20,000 nucleotides of DNA. It comes from Chiloscyllium plagiosum (taxonomy: Eukaryota). Within the stretch, counting starts at the first letter, position 1, and the number at the start of each line of letters is the position of its first letter. Where the stretch lies: contig NC_057758.1 of the NCBI RefSeq assembly GCF_004010195.1, forward strand, positions 2,354,819-2,374,818, written 5' to 3'. Below, piece by piece: positions 10,090 through 19,962 of the stretch. Under the pieces are notes generated by a model. It searched no databases. It saw nothing but the letters and a program-made list of their open reading frames with translations, and had not been told where the DNA came from. Both the position numbers and the translations under genes were made by a program.

Positions 10090-11000
10090 AACAATTTTGA
10101 GCTTGACTACCCGTGACTCCGCTTTCAATAAATTGTTCACCTGAATTCTAAGTTCCCTCTGTTCCACTGCACTCCATCCTGTCCTGCCGTTCAACATCAA
10201 CCTCTATTAAAGTCGATTTGTCATTTGTCCGCCCACTGTCCCAGCTGATCAAAGTCCTGTCGTAATTTCTGATCATCTTCCTCACTGTTCATGGGACATT
10301 CTCTTCTAGTGTAATCTACAACCTTACTAATCATGCCTTGCACACTGTCATCCATATCATTGACAGAGGTAACAAACAGCAATGGGCCCAGCAGCAAACC
10401 CTGAGGCACTCCACGAGTCAGAGGCGTCTAGTCCGACAAGCAACCTTCCACTATTACACTCTGCTTCTGACCATCAACCAAATTAGATAACTAATTTGCC
10501 AGGTCCACCTGGATTCCATGCAATCTAAACTTCCAATACAGTCTACAATGTTGATCCTTTCCAAAGGCCTGACCTGAACTTATATAGTCTACGTCTACTT
10601 CCCTGCCATCGTCACATTTCCAGTCCGTTCATCAAAGAACTCTAGCAAAAGGCTATGCTGTGTGCTCTGAACCACAACATGTCTTTTCGAATGCATGCAT
10701 ATTTTATTTCTGAGAATATTGTCAAGAAACTTATAAACCACCGTTAGGCTTCTACATCTATTATCCCAGTATTTGCTTTGCAGCCGGTTTTCAATAAGGG
10801 CTCAATATTCGCGTTCTACCCGTCTTCTGGAACCTTATAGTGCGAAAGAGATGCAAAAACCATCAAACAAGGTTCCCAGAATTTGTTCTTTAACCTTTTG
10901 TAGTGATCTTGAATATATCTGTTTAGGACCAGGCGATTTATCCACGTTCACACATTCTCATATGTCCAACACCGCACTAACTGTGATATAGACTGCCTCC
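10090..11000 (-). mobile_element. Decayed CR1 LINE RT fragment
   Basis: Minus-strand ORF 10221-10409 PQGLLLGPLLFVTSVND...SKVVDYT...DFDQLGQWADK; DKSPGP-like motif near 10925-10945 (minus). Confidence 0.85.
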
Positions 11001-11004
11001 AAGG

Positions 11005-12553
11005 TATCAGCGAGAGTAGGTCCGATCAGGGATAGTGGAGGGAACCTGTGCCGTGAGTCGGAAGAGGTATGGAGATCCTAAATTAATACTTTGCCCCAGT
11101 ATTCAGTAGTGAGCAGTAACTTGCCGTTTGTGAGGACAGTGAAAACTGGCTGATATGCTCAAACAGTTGGATGTTAAGAAGGAAGATATTCTGAAAACTT
11201 TGCAAAATATAAGGACAGATAAGTCTGCTGAGCGGGAAAGCATTTACGAAGGTTACTATAGGAAATTAGGGAAAGATTGCTGTCCCTTTGGCGATGATCT
11301 TTACATACTCATTCCCGGATGCTCCGGTCCCCTCTCACAGTCCAAAACATGTGCAGATTAGGTGAATTGGTCACGCTAAATTGCCAGTAGTGTTAGGTGA
11401 AGGCGTAAATGTAGGGGAATGGGTCTGGGTGGGTTGCGCTTTGGCTGGTCGGTGTGGACTTGTTGGGCGGAAGGGCCTGTTTCCACACTGTAAGTAATCT
11501 AATCTATTCTAATCTAATCATAATAGAGTAGTACAAAGTGATTGGATGGTGGCAAGTGTTATTCCCCTGTTCCAGAAAAGGAACAGGGAAATCCTGGGAA
11601 TTACAGACCAGTATGCTTGTGGTATGTTTGAGATGATTCTGAGAGCCAGCATTTCTGATTACTTGGAAAACCTTCGTTTGATGAGGGATAGTCAGTATGG
11701 TTTTGTATGAGGTCATACTTCACAAGGCACTTCCAGGAAGTAAGGTGGCATAAGATGCAGGGAAATTTGGCTTTCTGAATACAAAATCGGGTAACCCATA
11801 GAAGACAGAGTGTGGTAGTAGATGGGCAGTAATCAGCCTGGAGCTCAGTGACCAGTGTTGCTCCACAAGGATCTGTTCTGGAATTTCTGCTTGTTTCTGA
11901 TTGTTGTAAATGACTTGGACAAGGAAGTGAAAAGGTGAGTTAGTAAGCTCAGTCATGACACAACATTTGGTTGAGGTTACTCAGCAGTTCTACAGAGGCC
12001 AAGTTCGACCACAGTTGGAATATTGTGTTCAGTTCTGTTCACCTCAATTTAGGAAGGGAAGGAGTGGAAATGTGAGAGGGAGTGCAGCGGATACTTACCA
12101 GGATGCTGCCTGGATTGGAGGGCATGCCATATGAAGAAAGGTTGAGCGACCTAAGGCTTTTCTTATTTGAACGAAGAAGAGTGAGAGGTGACTTGATAGA
12201 GGTATAAAAGATGCTGAAGGACAAGGAGTGATTGAATAGTCAGAGACTGTTTTATACCACCAGGGCAGAAATGGCTATCAAAAGGGGGCAAAACTTTAAG
12301 ATGATTGGTGAAAGGTGCATGAGAGATGTCATAGTTTGGTTCTTAGAAAGTGGTGGGTGCGTGGAATGCACTGACAGCAGAGGGACAAGAGTCAGATACA
12401 TTACAGACATTTATGCGACTCTTAGATAGACACATGGATAAGAGTAATTTGAAGGATATCTGGGTTAGTTTGATCTTAGATTACGATAAAGATTCAGCAC
12501 AACATCGAGGTCTGAATGGTCTGTACGGTGCAGTATTGTTCGATGATACATGT
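11005..12553 (+). mobile_element. Decayed CR1 LINE with internal deletions, interrupted by a SINE at 11311-11519
   Basis: LKQLDVKKEDILKTLQNIRTDKS; DWMVASVIPLFQK; PQGSVL-like GCTCCACAAGGATCTGTTCTGG; TRMLPGLEGMPYEERL...GDLIEVYK; 3' tail CAGCACAACATCGAGGTCTGAATGGTCTGTACGGTGCAGTATTGTTC. Confidence 0.85.
11311..11519 (+). mobile_element. 5'-truncated HE1-like SINE nested in a CR1 LINE
   Basis: GCTCCGGT...CACAGTCCAAAACATGTGCAGATTAGGTGAATTGG...AAGGGCCTGTTTCCACACTGTAAGTAATCTAATCTA, near-identical to the 3' two-thirds of the 17425 SINE; (TAATC)n tail. Confidence 0.9.
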
Positions 12554-12614
12554 CACCATGAACTTCCCACAGATCCCAAGTCTTCATGTCTTTCTCCGCT
12601 CCATCGGACCGTAT

Positions 12615-13222
12615 ATTGAGTATAAAAGTTGGCATGTCATGTTGTTATTGTACAAGATAATGGTTTGGCAGCATTTAGAATACTGTGTATAGTTCTGGTC
12701 GCCACATTACCAAAATGATGTGGTCGCTTTGGAGAGGGTGTAGAGAAGGTTTACAAGGATATTGCCTCGTATGGAAGATGCTAAATTTGTCGAGAAATTG
12801 AGTAGGTTCGGATTATTTTCATTTAAAAAATGGAGATTGAGGGGGGACCTGATTGAGGTTTACAAAATCATGAAGGGTATAGACAGGGTAGATAGAGATA
12901 ATCTTTTTCCCCGGGTGAAGAATTCAATAACGAGAGGTCACGCTTTCAAAGTGAAAGGTGAAAGGTTTAAGGGGGATACATATGGCAAGTATTTTACATA
13001 CAGGGTTGTAGGCGCCTGGAATGCGTTGCCAACAGAGGTAATAGAGGCAAGCACGGTAGCTTCTATTAAGATGCGTCTGAACAGATGCATGAGTAGATGG
13101 GGATTAGAGGGATACAGATGCTTAAGAATTGAGAGATAGGTTTAGACAGTAAATTTGGATCGGCTCAGGCTTGGAGGGCCGAACGGCCTGCTCCTGGGTT
13201 GTACATTTTCTTTGTTATTTGG
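12615..13222 (+). mobile_element. CR1 LINE 3' fragment with tail
   Basis: HLEYCV.FWSPHY-like sequence; ORF 12762-13139 RLRGDLIEVYKIMKG...TRGHAFKVKG...VVGAWNALP; tail GGAGGGCCGAACGGCCTGCTCCTGGGTTGTACATTTTCTTTGTT. Confidence 0.9.
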
Positions 13223-13282
13223 TAAACACACAGGAGAAACATTCATCCAAGACCTCGCCCACCTCCTACGGTTCTACAGATA

Positions 13283-13618
13283 TACTGGCCAAGAATATTA
13301 AGGAGGATAGTAAGGCTTTTTTAGTTATGTGCAAGGCCAAAAAATGGTGAGGACAAAAATTGGGACCTTGAAGACAGAAACAGGGGAATATATTACTCGG
13401 AACAAAGAAATGGCAGAGGAATTAAATGGGTACTTCAGATCTGTGTTCACTGGGGAAGACACAAGCAATCTCCCTGAGGTAACAGTGGCTGAAGGACCTG
13501 AACTTAAGGGAATTTATATTTGCCAGGAATTGGTGTTGGAGAGACTGTTAGGTCTGAAGGTTGACAAGTCTCCGGGGCCTGATGGTCTGCATCCCAGGGT
13601 ACTGAAGGAGGTGGCCCG
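13283..13618 (+). mobile_element. Relatively young CR1 LINE ORF2 fragment (pre-RT linker), cut by an assembly gap
   Basis: Open frame KEMAEELNGYFRSVFTGED...LKVDKSPGPDGLHPRVLKEVA running into the Ns. Confidence 0.9.
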
Positions 13619-13883
13619 NNNNNNNNNNNNNNNNNNNNNNNNNNNNNNNNNNNNNNNNNNNNNNNNNNNNNNNNNNNNNNNNNNNNNNNNNNNNNNNNNN
13701 NNNNNNNNNNNNNNNNNNNNNNNNNNNNNNNNNNNNNNNNNNNNNNNNNNNNNNNNNNNNNNNNNNNNNNNNNNNNNNNNNNNNNNNNNNNNNNNNNNNN
13801 NNNNNNNNNNNNNNNNNNNNNNNNNNNNNNNNNNNNNNNNNNNNNNNNNNNNNNNNNNNNNNNNNNNNNNNNNNNNNNNNNNN
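13619..13883. other. Assembly gap (N run)
   Basis: 265 consecutive N. Confidence 1.
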
Positions 13884-14406
13884 ACCTCTATCAAGTCACC
13901 TCTCACTCTTCTTCGTTCAAATAAGAAAAGCCTTAGGTCGCTCAACCTTTCTTCATATGGCATGCCCTCCAATCCAGGCAGCATCCTGGTAAGTATCCGC
14001 TGCACTCCCTCTCACATTTCCACTCCTTCCCTTCCTAAATTGAGGTGAACAGAACTGAACACAATATTCCAACTGTGGTCGAACTTGGCCTCTGTAGAAC
14101 TGCTGAGTAACCTCAACCAAATGTTGTGTCATGACTGAGCTTACTAACTCACCTTTTCACTTCCTTGTCCAAGTCATTTATAAAAATCAGAAACAAGCAG
14201 AAATTCCAGAACAGATCCTTGTGGAGCAACACTGGTCACTGAGCTCCAGGCTGATTACTGCCCATCTACTACCACACTCTGTCTTCTATGGGCTACCCGA
14301 TTTTGTATTCAGAAAGCCAAATTTCCCTGCATCTTATGCCACCCTACCTCCTGGAAGTGCCTTGTGAAGTATGACCTCTTACAAAACCATACTGACTATC
14401 CCTCAT
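13884..14406 (-). repeat. Inverted near-identical copy of 11681-12203 (decayed CR1 segment)
   Basis: Reverse complement matches 11681-12203 with about 6 substitutions by eye. The ORF track shows mirrored peptides MTELTNSPFHFLVQVIY... at 11720-11956(-) and 14131-14367(+). Confidence 0.95.
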
Positions 14407-14561
14407 ACCTGTGGTAATACTAAAAGATGAACGTGCCAACTGCGGTAGCTTACATTAACAACAGCAAAAACAGTGCCAAAAACGCTGCAGTTCTGAGACA
14501 TTGGATGATGCAGTTGGAACTTAAATCCTTTACTCATGGGCTCAGAGAGTATACTATGGTT

Positions 14562-15145
14562 AAGTAAGGACTGCAGATGCTGGAGATCAGAATCGAAATG
14601 TTATGCGGGAGAAGCACAGCCAGTCAGGCAGCATCCAAGGAGCATGAGTGACATTCTGAACACAAGCTCTTCATCAGGAATGAGGTGGTGGCCCAATGGG
14701 GCTGCGAGAAAAGTGGGAGTGGGGTGGGGCTGGCGCCGTGTAGCTCAGAATGCGATCGCTAAATGGAGTTGGCGGTTGATTGTGATTGGTCAGAAAGGAC
14801 GGTGGAGTGGATGGGGGGAGGGACGATGAACAGGCAGTACAGTTCAAGCGGGTGGTGCAGAGTTGGATATTTGGATCTGGGATAAGGTGGGGGAGGGAAA
14901 ATGAAGAAACTGATGAAATCTACATTGTTACCGCGTCCCAAGGTGGAAGATCAGGCGGTCTTCTTGCAGTCGTCAGGTAGTTAGTGTTTGGCAGTGGAGG
15001 ACACTCAAGACTTGCATGTCCTTGGTGGAGTGGGAGGGGGAGTCAAAGTGTTCGTGCATAGTGTATTGGGATTGTTTCATGCATAGCTCCCAGGTATATT
15101 CTCTGAAAGATTGCACGAGTTTGCGTCCAGTCTCTGCCAAGTAGA
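14562..15145 (-). mobile_element. Penelope-like element 3' part: GIY-YIG endonuclease C-terminus and terminal repeat
   Basis: Minus-strand YLAETGRKLVQSFREY...HEHFDSPSHSTKDMQVLSVLHCQ (YIGET.R.L..RF.EH / HF...H pattern). Terminal repeat GGACTGCAGATGCTGGAGATCAG...GCAGCATCC...CTTCATCAGGAATG. Confidence 0.85.
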
Positions 15146-16000
15146 ACAGTCCATCTTCCTCAACTACAACAGCATGATTCCCCACGTTTTCCCCCACTAC
15201 ATCGATGAGCGCATTGCCGCCTCTTCATAGTCCTGCAATGAGTTTGAACAGTTCATCAACTTCAACAACACCTTCCACAATGACCTCAAATTCACCTGAA
15301 CCATTTCGGACACCTCTGTCCCCTTCCTCCACCTCTCCGTCTCAATATCTGGCGACAGACTCAACATGGGAATCTACTTCAAACGTACTTACTCCCACAG
15401 TTGCATGGATTCCATCTCCTCTCACCCTTCCTCTTGTAAGAACGCCATCCAGTGCTCTCAATACCTCCACCTCCACCACGTCTGATCCCAGAGGACCAAT
15501 TCCACCATAGAACAAACAGATATCCTTCTTCTTCAATGACTGTAATTTCCACTCCTACCTGGTATTCGATGCCCTGCAACGCATCTCCTCGATTTCCCAC
15601 ACCTCCGACCTTGAATCCTACCCCTCCAATCGCAATAAGCACATAAGCCCCTGGTCCTCATCCGCCACCCTACCAACTTCCTTTAACTCGCTTCATCATC
15701 CGCCATTTCTGCCACCTACAAACAAACGCCACCACCTGGGACATAATTCCCACCCAACCCCTCATTGTTTTCCTCAGACTTTTCGCTCCATTATCCTTTG
15801 TCAGATCCACAGCTCCCACCCACGGCACCTTCCCCTGCCACAACAAAAATTGCAAAATCTGCATCGACACCTCCCTGTTCATGACTGTCCAAGGTCCCAA
15901 TGCATCCTTCTACATCCGACAGAGAATTACCTGTCCTTCCACGTACGTCATCTACTGTGTTGGTTGCTCTCAGTGTGGTCTCCACTATTTTGGAGAGACG
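15141..16000 (+). mobile_element. Penelope-like element 5' part (inverted): RT core, Cys linker and GIY-YIG N-terminus
   Basis: Decayed translation VEQSIF...HYIDE (YIDD site, 15198-15209), KFT*TISDTSVPFL...IYFK.T.SH, GTFPCHNKNCKIC, VIYCVGCSQCGLHYFGET. Confidence 0.85.
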
Positions 16001-16214
16001 TAATTTCGTGCTTTTCCAGCACCAGAATGTTCGATTCACGGTGTGTGCTGGTGCTATTCATCATTGACACGATGGCCACTCACTCCACCTTATTAAAATG
16101 AAGATCATCAACTCAGTTGGACAACAACTTGAATCACAGATTAACCGTGTCTTCTGCACGTTCACAACAGATACTCAGCAGAGTTACTGGTCTGAGCAAT
16201 GATCGAAAATATAT

Positions 16215-16700
16215 TCCTCATTGGAACAGAAGGAGGATATTCAGCCCCTCGAACTGGCTCAGCCACTCAAAAACAACACGGCAAATCTGTGGGATAACTC
16301 CAAACGCCTGCTTTGGAGGCATATGCCCTTCCGAAAAAAAAAATTGTCTGTCACAGATTAAAGTTCAACAATTCAATTAACATCGACTGCCATTTGAATC
16401 AGAGAGTTTTAAACTTACAAAACTGTTTATGGGTCGAACTGCTTTCTGTCATTTCCCATGAGAGACCTGCGCTTAATTCTTAGGTTTTCATGTGTGTATC
16501 ACTGGCTGAGACAATAATTTACTGCCTGCCTCTCATTGCCCTTGAGAACTTGTTGAACAGCCACATTATTGACAGAAGTAGTGTTCTTGGTGTAGGTGGA
16601 GGGAATTGCAGGAATTTCTACCAGCACATTTTTGAATTCAACTTCTACTGATGGAAACTTTTGGTTTCATCAGCACTGCCTCTCCCGATTAACATCAACA
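16215..16700 (-). mobile_element. Old LINE 3'-end fragments (CR1/L2 group), probably two elements
   Basis: GGAACAGAAGGAGGATATTCAGCCCCTCGAACTGGCTCAGCCACTCAA (reverse-complemented LINE tail type). From ~16490, CACTGGCTGAGACAATAATTTACTGCC...ATTGCCCTTGAGAA (a second tail type). Confidence 0.45.
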
Positions 16701-16714
16701 AGACTTCAGTTATA

Positions 16715-17214
16715 NNNNNNNNNNNNNNNNNNNNNNNNNNNNNNNNNNNNNNNNNNNNNNNNNNNNNNNNNNNNNNNNNNNNNNNNNNNNNNNNNNNNNN
16801 NNNNNNNNNNNNNNNNNNNNNNNNNNNNNNNNNNNNNNNNNNNNNNNNNNNNNNNNNNNNNNNNNNNNNNNNNNNNNNNNNNNNNNNNNNNNNNNNNNNN
16901 NNNNNNNNNNNNNNNNNNNNNNNNNNNNNNNNNNNNNNNNNNNNNNNNNNNNNNNNNNNNNNNNNNNNNNNNNNNNNNNNNNNNNNNNNNNNNNNNNNNN
17001 NNNNNNNNNNNNNNNNNNNNNNNNNNNNNNNNNNNNNNNNNNNNNNNNNNNNNNNNNNNNNNNNNNNNNNNNNNNNNNNNNNNNNNNNNNNNNNNNNNNN
17101 NNNNNNNNNNNNNNNNNNNNNNNNNNNNNNNNNNNNNNNNNNNNNNNNNNNNNNNNNNNNNNNNNNNNNNNNNNNNNNNNNNNNNNNNNNNNNNNNNNNN
17201 NNNNNNNNNNNNNN
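16715..17214. other. Assembly gap (N run)
   Basis: 500 consecutive N, probably a placeholder size. Confidence 1.
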
Positions 17215-17413
17215 CCCATCCAATACCCACTGGGGATCCATTCCAGGACCTACCGCGGAAGCCCAAAACCGCGAATAGGAGCGAACACATTCATTTAAAT
17301 GGGAAACGTTCCTTCCCTGCAGCCTTCTGGTTCTGGAACATGCCATGTAATATGTTAGGGGCGCAGTAACAAAAACCGCAGAAAACAATTCTGCGGGTAC
17401 AGGGGTCGCCCTG
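17215..17413. mobile_element. Tc1/mariner Tigger (MER2-like) non-autonomous DNA transposon (MITE); left end lost in the gap
   Basis: TACCCACTGGGGATCCATTCCAGGACCTACCGCGGAAGCCCAAAACCGCG resembles the MER2/Tigger subterminal pattern. The right end CTGCGGGTACAGGGGTCGCCCTG is followed by TA (17414-17415), the mariner target-site dinucleotide. Confidence 0.65.
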
Positions 17414-17424
17414 TACTGCATTCC

Positions 17425-17730
17425 GTGGCGGCACAGTGGTTAGCACTGCTGCCTCACAATGCGAGAGACCCAGGTTCATTTCCCTCCTCAGTCTGTGTGG
17501 AGTTTTCACATTCTCCCTGTGTCTGCGTGGGTTTCCTCTGGGTGCTCCGGTTTCCTCCTACAGTCCAAAGGTGTGCAGGTTAGGTGAATTGGCCATGCTA
17601 AATTGCCCGTAGTGTTAGGTGAAGGGGTAAATGTAGGGGAATGGGTCTGGGTGGTTTGTTCTTCAGAGGGTCGGTGTGGAATATTTGGGCCGAAGGGCCT
17701 GTTTCCACACTGTAAGTAATTTAATCTAAA
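17425..17730 (+). mobile_element. Full-length HE1-like tRNA-derived V-SINE
   Basis: Pol III A-box-like GGCACAGTGGTTAGCAC, B-box-like GGTTCATTTCC, V-domain core TGTGTGGAGTTTTCACATTCTCCCTGTGTCTGCGTGGGTTTCC, CR1-derived tail GGGCCGAAGGGCCTGTTTCCACACTGTAAGTAATTTAATCTAA. Confidence 0.92.
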
Positions 17731-17732
17731 TC

Positions 17733-17960
17733 CATTCTGATCTCCGTGGTACAGCAAACACGTTGTGAAGCTTGAAAGGGTTCAGAAAAGATTGACAAGG
17801 ATGTTGCCAGGGTTGCAGGGTTTGAGCGACAGAGGGAGAGGCTGAACAGGCTGGGGCTGTTTTCCCTGGAGCATCGGAAGCTGAGGGGTGACCTTATAGA
17901 GGTTTATAACACCATGAGGGACATGGATAGGGTAAATAGACAAAGTCTTTTCCCTGTGTG
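17733..17960 (+). mobile_element. CR1 LINE RT C-terminal fragment
   Basis: VVKLERVQKRLTRMLPGLQGL...LGLFSLEHRKLRGDLIEVY..MRDMDRVNRQSLFP. Confidence 0.85.
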
Positions 17961-18181
17961 GGATATAGGTAAATTAATGTTATTTCTGCAATTATAATTT
18001 CTGATACAGAGTAAATGAACTCACATCAGTGTGTAATTGTTTCAGCCAAGAGCTGAGTCAACAAGAATGGAAACTATGTGGAGGAAATATATAATTGTTT
18101 TTGTGTTAGCTAAAATTATATGTCAGCATGAAACGTGATTTTAAAACAATGGTAGATATTATGGGCAAATAGATAAGATGT

Positions 18182-18473
18182 TGTGAGGGGATGCGGTCAA
18201 GCTAGAAAGCCTGTACAAACAGTAGGATTCCCACTTTTACAGAGACACAGGAACAAACCCTAATTAAAGAGGTCATAAAGATCAGAGTGGCCTCCGGAGA
18301 GGCCCAGATGGAAAGAATATGCCTAACGATGACCTGCAGTGGGATGACGTCATGTTTTTGTCCCTGCCTTGTGGACATTACACCCACTTGCAAGTGTAAA
18401 ATAAAGGACACTGCTGATTCAGATTTTCGTCTCGGACTGCAATTATTGAAGTGAGTGAGCTTTGTTTCTCACA
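18182..18473 (+). mobile_element. 5' LTR (292 bp) of a class I (HERV-I-like) endogenous retrovirus
   Basis: Terminal inverted repeat TGTGAG...CTCACA; AATAAA at 18400-18405; perfect CRE TGACGTCA at 18345-18352; followed by a PBS after 2 nt. Confidence 0.85.
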
Positions 18474-18475
18474 AT

Positions 18476-18492
18476 TGGGGGCTGTCCGGGAT
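18476..18492 (+). promoter_or_regulatory. Primer binding site complementary to the tRNA-Pro 3' end
   Basis: TGGGGGCTGTCCGGGAT versus canonical Pro PBS TGGGGGCTCGTCCGGGAT (one C missing), 2 nt after the LTR CA. Confidence 0.88.
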
Positions 18493-18696
18493 TTTCTTCC
18501 ATCGCCAGGGGGAGTGGCTGGCCTTGGACACTGGGAAGACGCGTCCCGTTCCCCATTGAGGGGCGGTCTCGTGTCCTGGTTTGGTCTGCTCCCTTGGGCA
18601 ACTGGTACGGATCCCATGAGAGAGACATCTGAATCAGTGAGAGGAGGTCAATAGAAAATACAGCAAAAAGGGGCCAGGCAACTCTGTGCACAGACC

Positions 18697-18705
18697 AAGG
18701 TAAGA
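18697..18705 (+). promoter_or_regulatory. Putative retroviral major splice donor in the leader
   Basis: AAG|GTAAGA between the PBS and the gag ATG, the usual position of the env splice donor. Confidence 0.6.
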
Positions 18706-18782
18706 AAATTGACTTTAAGTATTGCCTTGGTGGCCGGGATTGAGTTTTAGTAGTTAATAAGGGACTAACGATGGAACTCAAT

Positions 18783-19062
18783 ATGGGTTGTGCCGTGGTT
18801 CAGGAGAAAGCCTCCGGGAAAACAAAAGACGAAAAAGGCAATGGAAATGGAGGCGGGATCCCTTACAACATACCTCCAGAAAGTCCTTTGGGCAGGATGT
18901 TGTGGAATTGGAGAAATAATACTTGGACAAGGGAGAGTGATGATTAAATATTGTTGCTTTGTATGGGCTAAGGAATCCATTCTTCGTCCTGCTGTCTTCT
19001 GGCCAAAGTACGGGTTGGACGAAGACTGGGTTTGTAAATATCTGAATTTATATGTCAATGTG
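18783..19062 (+). pseudogene. gag: ERV gag matrix region, frameshifted (HERV-I/HERVIP10-like)
   Basis: ATG 18783: MGCAVVQEKASGKTKDEKGNGNGGGIPYNIPPESPLGRMLWNWRNNTWTRE, then after a frameshift MIKYCCFVWAKESILRPAVFWPKYGLDEDWVCKYLNLYVN. It has an N-terminal MG myristoylation motif and the IPPxSPLG / MIKYCCF.W / FWPK.G..ED motifs I recognise from HERV-I-group Gag. Confidence 0.85.
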
Positions 19063-19434
19063 TGACAGAGAGAGAATGAAAAGAGCTGTACAGCAGGTAG
19101 AAAGTTTAACCCTTTGTGATTTGGTTTGAATGAACATTTGTTTGTTGGTGATTGAATGTTTGCGTTTTATTCCCTGGAGCTTGAGTTCCAGGACTGTTTT
19201 GAATCTGATTTTTACTATGGAAACTTAACATGATTTCTTTTAAGGTTAAGGATTCTATAGAGATTATGAAAAAAAAGAATGATAACTCCTGTTCTTTTTA
19301 TAGGTCATGACTGCCTTACTGTCAGTTTCTACCTAATCTCTTTTATCTTTACATAAAAGCGATTTATGGAGGACAGTTGAAGTTTCAGTTCAACATTAGA
19401 TTGTAGTAAAAACAAAATTCTATGGTTAATATCT

Positions 19435-19511
19435 GTGAGGAGAAAGTGAGGTCTGCAGATGCTGGAGATCAAAGTTGAAACTTTATTGCTGGAACAGCAC
19501 AGCAGGTCAGG
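19435..19511 (-). mobile_element. Short Penelope-type terminal-repeat fragment inside the ERV internal region
   Basis: GAGAAAGTGAGGTCTGCAGATGCTGGAGATCAAAG...GCTGGAACAGCACAGCAGGTCAGG, homologous to 14562-14630. Confidence 0.75.
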
Positions 19512-19896
19512 ATATCTGTGACCTTGCATTCGGCCATTGTTCATGCATTAGAAGTTTTTGTTTAAAACTTGAATAGACAAATTCTTTTAAGGCAGCTCTG
19601 ATTATTTTACAACCTATAGTATTGCAATTGAGCAACGATTGGTCAGGACTACTTAAGAAAACTAATTCTGGATTTAAATTAAGAGACTAAAACTGGGTGA
19701 TAACAGTGGATTTCAAAATTGGGAACTGTATGCATTTTGCATTTTAAATATTAAATACTGAACAAATGAACGTAAATATATAAATATATTTATAAGTTAG
19801 GAACAGGCTTTAAAGGTTAGTCAAGCATGAATTGATGAATTGGTGTTTGAAGTTATGGGGAGCTAGAAATATTGCAATATTTCTTTAAAAAAAAAA

Positions 19897-19962
19897 GTGA
19901 AGAACGTAACGACTTATCCCCTTCGGGAGGTACCCATAGGGGACAAAGAGATTGGGTTTGTA
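19897..19962 (+). pseudogene. gag: ERV gag capsid N-terminal remnant
   Basis: Translates VKNVTTYPLREVPIGDKEIGFV, matching the (F/Y)PLREVP...IGFV capsid start of HERV-I-group Gag; cut by the CR1 tail that follows. Confidence 0.7.

Noticed and set aside
10090..11310. Back-to-back CR1 fragments at ~11000 as a possible twin-priming inversion
   Set aside because: Both arms cover the same linker/RT region and look like different subfamilies, which fits two independent insertions better.
13329..14048. Long ORFs spanning the first N gap
   Set aside because: Their length comes from X codons; the two sides are unrelated CR1 pieces in opposite orientations.
16596..17421. 169-258 aa ORFs across the second N gap
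   Set aside because: Composed almost entirely of X from the 500-N gap.
17425..17500. tRNA gene suggested by A/B boxes
   Set aside because: It is the tRNA-derived head of the HE1-like SINE, with no cloverleaf, and it continues into the SINE core.
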